From positions 3,616,001-3,680,000 of the forward strand of contig OZ253580.1 in the NCBI GenBank assembly GCA_965263035.1: a stretch of 64,000 nucleotides of DNA, in the 5' to 3' direction. The position numbers were made by a program, and so were the translations under genes. Under the pieces are notes generated by a model. That model was given only the letters and a program-made list of their open reading frames with translations, searched no databases and was not told where the DNA came from. The number at the start of each line of letters is the position of its first letter. Within the stretch, counting starts at the first letter, position 1. Source of the DNA: Acidobacteriota bacterium (GTDB lineage Bacteria; Acidobacteriota; UBA6911; RPQK01; JAJDTT01). Positions 37,277 through 45,747 of the stretch are shown piece by piece.

Positions 37277-38710
37277 ATGGATTTTCGATCCTGCGATCTG
37301 GACGCCCAGTACTACGACGAAATGTTCCGTGAGGACGGCGCCCCACGAGAACATAGTCAATTGCTGTACGAAGCCCTGTGCCGACTGTCGGTCGAGGAAG
37401 TCGGCAGCATTCAGGAACGGGTCACGCGTTCGTTCTCCCAAGAAGGAATTACCTTTACCGTTTACGGTGACGATGAAGCCGAGGAGCGCATCATCCCCAT
37501 CGACTGCGTTCCCCGAATTCTTTCGGGGGATGAGTGGCGCCAGTTGGAAGCCGGCCTGACCCAGCGACTCACGGCTCTGAACCGTTTTCTGCAGGATATC
37601 TACAACGAGGCTCGCATTATCGCGGACGGTGTCATCCCGTTGGACATGGTGCGGGGTTGTCCCCAGTACCGCCTGGAAATGCGTGGGTTTTCGGCGCCCC
37701 ATGGCGTCTGGATCGGCGTTTGCGGCACTGACCTGGTGCGCACCAATGACGGATTCTGCGTGTTGGAAGACAACCTGCGGGTTCCCTCGGGGGTTTCGTA
37801 CATGATCGCCAACCGGAAGGCGGTGAAGGCCAGTCTTCGCCTCGTCTACAGAAACTCCCGAGTTAGAGAAGTGGAGCACTACGGACGCGTCCTGCTCCAG
37901 ACCCTGCGAGAGTTGGCGCCCAGAGATCGGTCGGGACCCTGCATCGTGCTGCTGACACCGGGTGTCTACAATTCCGCGTTCTACGAGCACATATTTCTGG
38001 CAAACGAGATCGGTGCCGAGTTGGTGGAGGGCCGCGACCTATTGGTCAACGATGGCTACGTCTACATGCGAACTACGGCGGGCCTGAAGCGCGTCGATGT
38101 GATCTACCGGCGTGTGGACGACGATTTTATCGATCCTCTCGTGTTTCGTCCCGACTCTCTGCTTGGCGTACCCGGGCTGATCCACGCCTACAAGCAGGGC
38201 AACGTATCCCTGGTCAACGCACCCGGCACCGGGGTCGCCGATGACAAGAGCGTCTATGCCTATGTGCCGGACATGGTCCGCTACTACTTGGGGGAGGAGC
38301 CGCTTCTTCAGAACGTGAAGACCTGGATCTGCCGCCGACCCGAAGAGCTCGAATATACTCTCGACAACCTGGAGAACCTGGTGGTGAAGCGGGTAGGAGA
38401 GTCCGGCGGATATGGGATGCTGGTCGGTCCGCACTCGACTTGCCAAGAGCGTGACGAATACGCGAAGCAGGTGCGGGCCAATCCGGCCGATTTCATTTCG
38501 CAGCCTGTTCTGTCGCTCTCACGCGCGCCTTGCGTGATCGATGGCCAGGCCGAACCGCGCCACGTCGATCTGCGTCCGTTCGTCCTCAATGGCCGCCGGA
38601 TCCGAATAGTGCCCGGAGCTTTCTGCCGTGTGGCGCTGCGCCGGGGCAGCCTGGTGGTGAACTCGAGTCAGGGCGGAGGCGGCAAAGACCTGTGGGTGTT
38701 GGGAGACTGA
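37277..38710 (+). CDS. Circularly permuted type 2 ATP-grasp protein (putative peptide ligase)
   Basis: YYDEM, GITFTVY, IP.D.VPR, VLEDNLRVPSGVSY, LTPG.YNSAFYEH, VDVIYRRVDDDFIDPL, NAPGTGVADDK, PRHVDLRPF, VVNSSQGGG.KD.WV. Confidence 0.95.
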   Translation: MDFRSCDLDAQYYDEMFREDGAPREHSQLLYEALCRLSVEEVGSIQERVTRSFSQEGITFTVYGDDEAEERIIPIDCVPRILSGDEWRQLEAGLTQRLTALNRFLQDIYNEARIIADGVIPLDMVRGCPQYRLEMRGFSAPHGVWIGVCGTDLVRTNDGFCVLEDNLRVPSGVSYMIANRKAVKASLRLVYRNSRVREVEHYGRVLLQTLRELAPRDRSGPCIVLLTPGVYNSAFYEHIFLANEIGAELVEGRDLLVNDGYVYMRTTAGLKRVDVIYRRVDDDFIDPLVFRPDSLLGVPGLIHAYKQGNVSLVNAPGTGVADDKSVYAYVPDMVRYYLGEEPLLQNVKTWICRRPEELEYTLDNLENLVVKRVGESGGYGMLVGPHSTCQERDEYAKQVRANPADFISQPVLSLSRAPCVIDGQAEPRHVDLRPFVLNGRRIRIVPGAFCRVALRRGSLVVNSSQGGGGKDLWVLGD

Positions 38711-39548
38711 GTGGAGCGGGTCGCGGCGTTCCTGCGACCGCTGATGAGTGATTCTGCTGGTATGACACGACTGCAACCGGGGAGGGAGCCATGAGAGAAG
38801 GAACGAAGATCCCGCTGCACACGCGGCTGCTGCGGGGAGCGGTGGGGAAGCTGTTGCTGGTGGTGATCTGTCTGCTGTGCGGGACGGCGGCGGCGCAGGC
38901 GGCGGTGGACGACGAGGTGCTGTACGTGTTCAACACCTTCTCGTTCATGGTCTGGGGCGCCATGGTGATGTGGATGTGTGAAGGTGTCCCGTTTTCGTGG
39001 ACGGTTTATTAGTGCGGTTTACGTTGGTCTAGGTTGTAATACTCCTTCTGTCGTTGGGGAGCAAGACTTCCTCCCGCTGAATGTCAATGGCCATAGAAAA
39101 TGTCAGGGTGTTGACCATTGACAGAGCGTTCTTTCTTCTGTGGGGGGACTGATGGAGGCGTCAGCAAAAGGGCTCACGTTGTGGGAAATCTCTGATTTTC
39201 CACAATGGGATACCGCGTAACGAGGGGGCCTCGGCGCTCTCTTTCCAGGGATTTAAGAGTGGTGTGTATCTCTTTGCATCCGGGGGTCTCAGGGGGGCAG
39301 CGCCCCCCTGCCCTCTTCAATCGTGTCGCGCGCGACGCTTGGTGCGACGGTGATGGTGCTGGTTTCGTGGTCGAGCAGCGCGAAAACGAACCGGTTCGTG
39401 AGGCGGCGTCAGTCCTTCTGAGCCTCCCGGCCCGCAGGACCGGCATTGGAGGCAGGAAAGACGACCCCAGCAGGTCATCACTGCACTCGGCGAGAGCACG
39501 AATCGGGGATCTCGTCGTCCGGATCGAGTTTCGACGACGGCGTGGGTC

Positions 39549-40454
39549 CTACGCTGCCTGCTGCTCGTAGCGGACCGGCGACTCGTAGCCCAGCGCCGAG
39601 TGTCGGCGCCGCCGGTTGTAGAATCCCTCAATGAAGTCGAAGACGGCCCGCCTCGCCTGATTCGGATTCCGGAACTGGTGACAGTCCAGCAACTCGCACT
39701 CTAGCGTCGCGAAGAAGCTCTCGCACATCGCGTTGTCGTAAGCGTCCCCCACCGAGCCCATCGACGGCCGCACCCCGGCCTCCCGGCATCTCTTCCCGAA
39801 GGCAGTCGAGGTGTACTGCGCCCCCTGGTCCGAGTGGTGGATCACCTGCTTCGGCTGCCGCCGTATCACCGCCATGGCGAGCGCCTTTTCGACCAGTTCG
39901 GAGCGCAGATGGGTCTCCATCGCCCAGCCCACAACCAAGCGGCTCCAGGCGTCCAGGACCACGGCCACGTACAACCAGCCCGCCTTCGTGCGGACATACG
40001 TCAGGTCCGCCACCCAGAGCTGATCCGGTCCCTCAGCCGCGAAGTTCCGGTTCACCAGGTCCGGCGCGGGACGGGCGTCCCGGTCCCTCCGGGTGAGCCC
40101 GGCCTTCCGGTGCCTCCGGCTCGCCCCCTGAATCCCGGCTTCCCGCATCAATCGACCGACACGCTTCGGGCTCGTCCGTTCCCCTCGAGCTCTCAGTTCG
40201 GCATGCAGACGAGGCCGACCGTAAACTCTCCGGTTCTCGTTCCAGATCTGCACGATCTTTTCCCGAAGCGCCTGGTCCTGGCGAGCTCGATTCGAGGGCA
40301 GACGTTTCAACCAGGCGTAGTACCCACTGGGGGAAAGACCCAACACGCGGCACATCACCCGAATCGGAAACTGGGCCCGGTGCGCCTTTACGAACTCGAA
40401 TCCTTTCCGGGGATCGAGTCGCTCTCCCGGGCGAACCAAGCCGCGGCTTTTTTT
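39549..40454 (-). CDS. IS3 transposase OrfB (DDE integrase core), reached by -1 frameshift
   Basis: YGRPRL..EL, APDLVNRNF, WVADLTY, HHSDQGAQY, DNAMCESFF, FYNRRRRHSALGY.SP. Slippery AAAAAAAG at 40454-40447. Confidence 0.93.
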   Translation of the reverse strand, partial: KKSRGLVRPGERLDPRKGFEFVKAHRAQFPIRVMCRVLGLSPSGYYAWLKRLPSNRARQDQALREKIVQIWNENRRVYGRPRLHAELRARGERTSPKRVGRLMREAGIQGASRRHRKAGLTRRDRDARPAPDLVNRNFAAEGPDQLWVADLTYVRTKAGWLYVAVVLDAWSRLVVGWAMETHLRSELVEKALAMAVIRRQPKQVIHHSDQGAQYTSTAFGKRCREAGVRPSMGSVGDAYDNAMCESFFATLECELLDCHQFRNPNQARRAVFDFIEGFYNRRRRHSALGYESPVRYEQQAA

Positions 40455-40702
40455 AGGATGTCCCGCTCCATCCGCAGGCGCTTGATCTCCCGCCTCGCCT
40501 GGCGCAACTCCTGGCGCTCGAACGTCGTCAACCCGTCGCTCCGGTGCCCCTCGTCCAGATCGGCCTGCTTGACCCACTTCCGGATCGCCGAAGCCGAGGG
40601 CTCGAACTCCCGCGCCAGTGCCTCCGGCGATCGCCCCGAGCGCACCAGCCCTACGATCTCCCGCCGGAACTCCGGCGGATACCGTCTCTGCTTTCTTGCC
40701 AT
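40388..40702 (-). CDS. IS3 transposase OrfA (HTH plus leucine zipper)
   Basis: RRYPPEFRRE.V, LAREF......IRKWV, EIKRLRMERDILKKAAAWFA; AAGGAGG RBS. Confidence 0.95.
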   Translation of the reverse strand: MARKQRRYPPEFRREIVGLVRSGRSPEALAREFEPSASAIRKWVKQADLDEGHRSDGLTTFERQELRQARREIKRLRMERDILKKAAAWFARESDSIPGKDSSS

Positions 40703-42003
40703 CGTGGATCCCTCCTTACTCCCCTACTTTGGAAGTGTCCACGAAAGCGGGTCAACTCCAGTGCGCCGGGTTCACGATGCTGGAGTCCGGGTCGGTGCGG
40801 ACCAAGAACGCGTCCATGATCTGCATGAAGAACATCGGACTGTACTCGATCGCGGGGCTGGCCTACTACGTGATCGGGTACAACCTGATGTACACGGACG
40901 TGGGGAGCGTGATCGGGTCGTTCAAGCTGCTGTACGGGCCGACGGCGGCGGATCTGGCGCTGGTGGCGGGCCAGGAGGGGGCAGCGGCGGCGGTGACGGG
41001 GGCCGAGAGCAAGTACTCGACGATGTCGGACTGGTTTTTCCAGATGGTGTTCGTGGCGACGGCAGCGTCGATCGTGTCGGGGGCGCTGGCCGAGCGGGTG
41101 AAGATGTGGTCGTTTTTCGTGTTCACGATAGTGCTGACGGCGGTGATCTACCCGGTGGTGGGGGCGTGGACCTGGGGCGGCGGCTGGCTGAGCGAGCTGG
41201 GGTTCCAGGATTTCGCGGGATCGACGATCGTGCACAGCACGGGCGGCTGGGCCGCGTTGGCGGGGATCCTGATCGTGGGGCCGCGGCTGGGCAAGTACCG
41301 CAAGGACGGGACGGTGAGGCCGACGCCGCCGTCGAACGTGATCGTGGTGACGCTGGGGGTGTTCATTCTCTGGTTCGGGTGGTTCGGATTCAACGGCGGG
41401 TCGCAGTTGGCGCTGGGGAGCGCGGCGGACGTGATGGCGATGAGCCACGTGCTGGTGAACACGAACCTGGCGGCGGCGGCGGGGGTGGTGACGGCCCTGA
41501 TCGCGTCGCGGCCGATTCTGGGGCGCAATGACCTGTTCGCGACGTTGAACGGGGGCATCGCGGGCCTGGTGGCGATCACGGCGGGACCGGACATCGTGTC
41601 GCACCACTGGTCGATCCTCATCGGCGCCATCGGCGCGATCCTGTGCACGGCGGCGATCAAGTTTCTGGAGAAAGTGAAGATCGACGACGTGGTGGGAGCG
41701 GTGCCGGCGCACCTGTTTGCGGGGACCTGGGGAACGATCGCGGTCTGCATAGCGGCGGGCGGCAACGTCGGGGTCCAGTTGTTGGGCATCGTGTCGGTGG
41801 GTGCGTTCGTGTTCGCGTCATCATTGATCGTGTGGAAAGTGCTGGCGATGACGATGGGCGTGCGGGTGTCGGCCCAGGTGGAACGGCTGGGACAGGACGT
41901 GGGCGAGTTGGGCATGGAGGCCTATCCCGAGTTCGTCCTCATGCCGGAAGAACTGGACGACGAGTTCGACGAATAATCGAGGTTGATCAACAGGAGATCC
42001 AGG

Positions 42004-42993
42004 TTGCTTTCGCGCAACGCTCAAGGTCTGTATTGGATGGGCCGTTACCTCGAGAGGGCGGAGCATCTCTGCCGCCTGTTGCGACTGCAGGTCGAGGCTC
42101 TGGTGGATCGTCCGATTCGTGAGATCCACTTTGGGTGGAGCCGCATCTACGTCAGTCTGAATCGGCATCCGTCCGGAGGCCCCCTGGAGCTTCTGGGAGA
42201 CGAGGAGGACGATCCGCTGGGCGATTCCTACACGCTGGCCGACTTCTACACCTTGGCCGACGACCTCACGTTCGAAAGGTCGAATCCCGATTCGGTATTC
42301 AGTTGCTTCGCCATGGGCCGTGAAAACGCCCGCCAGATGCGCAATCGGATCAGTGCCGAGATGTGGAGTTGTCTGAACCGGGCCTACCTGCGACTTCAGG
42401 ACATGACCATCCAGAAAATCTGGGAGGTCTCCCCGGAGAATTTCTACGTGGCAACCGCGCGTGACATCGATACCTTCAATGGTGTCGCGGAAGTGACCAT
42501 GTATCGTGATGAAGGCTGGCGTTTCTGGCGGCTGGGGCGTTCCATCGAACGGGCCCAGTCCTCGGCCGGGTTGTTTCTGGCCCAAATGAACGCCGGCCGT
42601 CGGATCGACTCCTCTTTGGGAGAGGACTGGACCGGTCTTCTGCGCTTCTGCCAGGCGTTTGACGTCTACAATCGAAAATACAGCGTCGACGTGCAGCCGG
42701 ATCAGGTTCTGGACTTGCTGGTGACGGACCCGCATCTGCCCGGCTCCCTCTTTCGTTCCCTCAACGCGGCGGTCATGGAGCTTGACGCCATCGGCCCCGG
42801 CCCCATCGCCGAATCGGGTGCACAGGCGCGGCGTCTGGCGGGCCGTCTTCGAGCCTTGATCCACTATGCCTGGGGGGATCGGGAGGACCACGAGAGTCTG
42901 CTCCAGTGGATCGGTGAGAACTGCCGGAAGCTCCACGAACTGGTCATCGCAGCCTATGTCGACTACCCCATCGAGGACTCCCCGCTACGCTGA
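42004..42993 (+). CDS. Alpha-E domain protein
   Basis: LSR.A..LYWMGRYLERAE, RENARQ.R..IS.EMW..LN, M.RDEGWRF..LGR.IERA (two ER motifs). TTG start with AGGAG RBS. Confidence 0.94.
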   Translation: MLSRNAQGLYWMGRYLERAEHLCRLLRLQVEALVDRPIREIHFGWSRIYVSLNRHPSGGPLELLGDEEDDPLGDSYTLADFYTLADDLTFERSNPDSVFSCFAMGRENARQMRNRISAEMWSCLNRAYLRLQDMTIQKIWEVSPENFYVATARDIDTFNGVAEVTMYRDEGWRFWRLGRSIERAQSSAGLFLAQMNAGRRIDSSLGEDWTGLLRFCQAFDVYNRKYSVDVQPDQVLDLLVTDPHLPGSLFRSLNAAVMELDAIGPGPIAESGAQARRLAGRLRALIHYAWGDREDHESLLQWIGENCRKLHELVIAAYVDYPIEDSPLR

Positions 42994-42997
42994 TCCC

Positions 42998-43891
42998 ATG
43001 GCTGGGACCGTCCGATACGAGATCCGGCACGTTTCCCGGTACCGGTACGCATTCCCGGCCTGGGAATGCGTCATGTTGCTCTGCCTGAAGCCACGGAGCG
43101 ACGGTGGACAGCGGCTCCTTGGCTTCGATATCGAAGCGCGGCCTCGTGCTTCCATGACCGTTGAGACGGACCCCTTCGGCAACTCCCGGCATGTTCTCTA
43201 TCTTCACCGGCCGCACGATTTCCTGGAAATAGCCGCACGGTCTACGGTCGAACCTGCGACCCCGGCGCCCCTTCCGGGAAATCTCGGCGCCGATTCCTGG
43301 CGGGAGATTCTCTCTTGGAGAGAATCTTTCGATCATTGGCACTTCACCCATGCCAGCACTTTGGCCCGGCCGTCACCTCTACTGGAGGACTTCGTGGTCA
43401 GAAACGGCATCGAGCGGGGAGACGATCCTCTGGCAGGGCTGTTGCAGCTCTGCCAGAGCCTTTTCCGCAGCTTCGAGTATGTCCCGGGCAGCACCACCGT
43501 TGCGTCTCCCGTAGAGCACATCCTCGAATCGGGCCGTGGTGTCTGCCAGGACTACGCCCATGTCATGATCGCCATCGCACGTTCCTGGGGCATCCCCTCG
43601 CGGTACGTCTCCGGGTACCTGAACGAGACTGGCCAGCCTGGCGAGCAGGTGGTGGGGAACGCCACCCACGCCTGGGTCGAATGCCTGTTGCCGGGTCTGG
43701 GGTGGATCGGGTTCGACCCCACCAACGAGAGTCTGGTCGACCAGCGGCACGTCCGGACCGCGGTGGGCCGCGACTACCAGGACGTCTCGCCGACCCAAGG
43801 TGTTCGCCAGGGAGGTGGCGAAACCAGTCTCGAGGTGGATGTCCAGGTCGTCCAGAAAGGTGTGGGGGAAAGGGTTCCGCCGGAAATTTGA
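42998..43891 (+). CDS. Transglutaminase-like protein (Bact_transglu_N plus core)
   Basis: YEIRH..RY.Y, DPFGN; catalytic triad GVCQDYAH / THAWVE / GFDPTN; GRDY.DV.P. Confidence 0.95.
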   Translation: MAGTVRYEIRHVSRYRYAFPAWECVMLLCLKPRSDGGQRLLGFDIEARPRASMTVETDPFGNSRHVLYLHRPHDFLEIAARSTVEPATPAPLPGNLGADSWREILSWRESFDHWHFTHASTLARPSPLLEDFVVRNGIERGDDPLAGLLQLCQSLFRSFEYVPGSTTVASPVEHILESGRGVCQDYAHVMIAIARSWGIPSRYVSGYLNETGQPGEQVVGNATHAWVECLLPGLGWIGFDPTNESLVDQRHVRTAVGRDYQDVSPTQGVRQGGGETSLEVDVQVVQKGVGERVPPEI

Positions 43892-43972
43892 GTATTGGAG
43901 AGTCGCCGGGCAATAGTCGAAGCCACCTGCGGTAGTTCCGCCGGTCGGAACTTCGACTTTCCCGGCCACACC

Positions 43973-45589
43973 ATGGCACACGCAATCCGAGTCCGGCCGG
44001 ACGTCAAGATCCCCATGAGGGACGGTGTGGAACTCTATGCCGCTCTCTACCACCCCGCCAAGGGCACTCGATTCCCCGTCTTGCTGATTCGGTCCCCGTA
44101 CGGAACCGAGTTTCCGCGCTACGTGAGCTGGATGGAACGGTTCGTGGAGCGAGGAGCCTGCGCCGCAGATGTCCATGAAACCCGCGGCGGTTACGACACG
44201 CAGCAATGGATCGGGACCCAACCTTGGTGTGACGGCAACATCGGGACTTTTGGAAGCTCCTATCCCGGCTACACACAGATCCTCCCGGCTACCCTTCGTT
44301 CACCCTGCGTCAAGGCTCTGGTTCCCATGGCCAACCAGGAGGACAACTACGGGCACCTCCGGTACGATGGTCTGCTCCAACTTCAGAACGCGATCAATTT
44401 CATCCGGATCGGGAGCCGGGAGGTCGAAAACCTGGTCAGCAGGTACCTGAACTTCGAGGAACTCTATCGGCGACTGCCGCTGCTCACTGCAACCGACGAC
44501 ATCGCCGAACGCCCCTTTTACAGGGAGATCATTCGCCACCCCCGATTCGACGAGTTCTGGCGTTCCTACAGCATGAAGGGCCGCTACCGGGAAGTCGACG
44601 TGCCCGCCTATTTCGTGACCGGCTGGTACGACAATCTGGTTCACGAGGGATTCAAATGCTTCACGGGTTGGAAGCAGGGGGCGCGGAGCCGGGAGACGCG
44701 CAGGCTCACCAAGATGATGGTGGGACCCTGGACCCATTCCGCGATCGGCAGCGCCGAACCGTTCGGCGACGTCGACTTCGGTTCCGACGCCGCGGTGGAC
44801 ATCCCCGAATTCCACCTCCGGTGGTACGACCAGCGCCTCCGGGGTATCGACACCGGAGGCGACGACGAGCCGTCGCTCTGTATCTTTGTCATGGGAGAAA
44901 ACAGGTGGCGGCAGGAAAAAGAGTGGCCCTTGGCCCGTACCCGTTACACTCGATGCTACCTTCACAGCGGCGGGAGAGCCAACGTCTTCACCGGGGACGG
45001 AAGGCTGACGTCGGACCCGCCGGGGGAGGAACCATCCGATTGCTACGACTACGATCCGCAGCACCCGGTTCCGACTCTGGGCGGCCAATCCATGTTCCTC
45101 GAGAATACGGGACCCAGGGAGCGGACGCCGGTCGAGTGCCGGGACGACGTATTGGTGTTCAGCTCCCATGCCCTGGAACGAGATCTGGAGGTCACCGGAC
45201 CCATACGTTTGACCCTCTACGCGGCTTCCAGTGCCCCGGACACGGACTTCACGGCGACCCTTGTCGACGTCCATCCCGACGGAAAGGCGATCTGCATCAG
45301 CGAGGGCATCGTGCGAACCCGTTTTCGGGATTCGTGGGAGGCTCCGACGCTTCTGACACCGGGTAGAATCTACTGCTTCCAGATTCCGATCTGGGAAACC
45401 AGTAATCTGTTCCGGGCCGGCCACCGCCTCCGCTTGGAGGTTTCCAGCAGCAACTTCCCTCGATTCGACCGGAATCTCAACAGCGGAGGCGACGCCGGAA
45501 CGGAAACCCGCTTTCGGACCGCCCGGCAGACGGTGTATCACACGCCCCGGTATCCGTCCCACATCACTTTGCCGGTCATTCCCCGATGA
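43973..45589 (+). CDS. CocE/NonD family serine hydrolase (apparent small internal deletion)
   Basis: IPMRDGV.L, RSPY, QPWCDGNIG.FGSSYPG, GWYD, GPW.H, YDP..PVPT.GG, SSSNFPRFDRN.N. Confidence 0.88.
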   Translation: MAHAIRVRPDVKIPMRDGVELYAALYHPAKGTRFPVLLIRSPYGTEFPRYVSWMERFVERGACAADVHETRGGYDTQQWIGTQPWCDGNIGTFGSSYPGYTQILPATLRSPCVKALVPMANQEDNYGHLRYDGLLQLQNAINFIRIGSREVENLVSRYLNFEELYRRLPLLTATDDIAERPFYREIIRHPRFDEFWRSYSMKGRYREVDVPAYFVTGWYDNLVHEGFKCFTGWKQGARSRETRRLTKMMVGPWTHSAIGSAEPFGDVDFGSDAAVDIPEFHLRWYDQRLRGIDTGGDDEPSLCIFVMGENRWRQEKEWPLARTRYTRCYLHSGGRANVFTGDGRLTSDPPGEEPSDCYDYDPQHPVPTLGGQSMFLENTGPRERTPVECRDDVLVFSSHALERDLEVTGPIRLTLYAASSAPDTDFTATLVDVHPDGKAICISEGIVRTRFRDSWEAPTLLTPGRIYCFQIPIWETSNLFRAGHRLRLEVSSSNFPRFDRNLNSGGDAGTETRFRTARQTVYHTPRYPSHITLPVIPR

Positions 45590-45744
45590 AGGGGAGCGCA
45601 GCACCAATGCGAATCCGTGCCGATGTCGGAGGCCGGGACGGATCCTTGCTGTTGGACCAGTACGATTCGACCATCCTGATGCCGCCCGGTACCCGGGCCC
45701 ATCCGGGCAGTCTTGGAAACATGGTCATGGAGTTGCCAGTCTGA
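45586..45744 (+). pseudogene. Internally deleted hydantoinase A / oxoprolinase subunit (52-aa remnant)
   Basis: MKGSAAPMRIRADVGG|RDGSLLLDQYDSTILMPPGTRAHPGSLGNMVMELPV*: the N-terminal DVGG motif joined to the C-terminal E.DST..VPPG......GN motif. Lies directly before hydantoinase B. Confidence 0.8.
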
Positions 45745-45747
45745 GAA

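Larger units (their letters stand above)
38979..40760 (-). mobile_element. IS3-family insertion sequence (1,782 bp)
   Basis: 5'-TG..CA-3' ends. IRs TGAAGGTGTCCCGTTTTCGTGGAC and TGGAGTTGACCCGCTTTCGTGGAC (20/24). 3-bp target duplication GTG (38976-38978, 40761-40763). Confidence 0.96.
38791..41976 (+). pseudogene. amt: Ammonium transporter (Amt family) interrupted by an IS3 element
   Basis: 38791-38978 joined to 40764-41976 gives 1401 nt in frame (..VMWMC|AGFTMLESGSVRTKN..). FFQMVF, IVSGALAER, DFAGSTIVH, WFGWFGFNGGS, DDVVGAVPAH (twin His). Confidence 0.95.
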
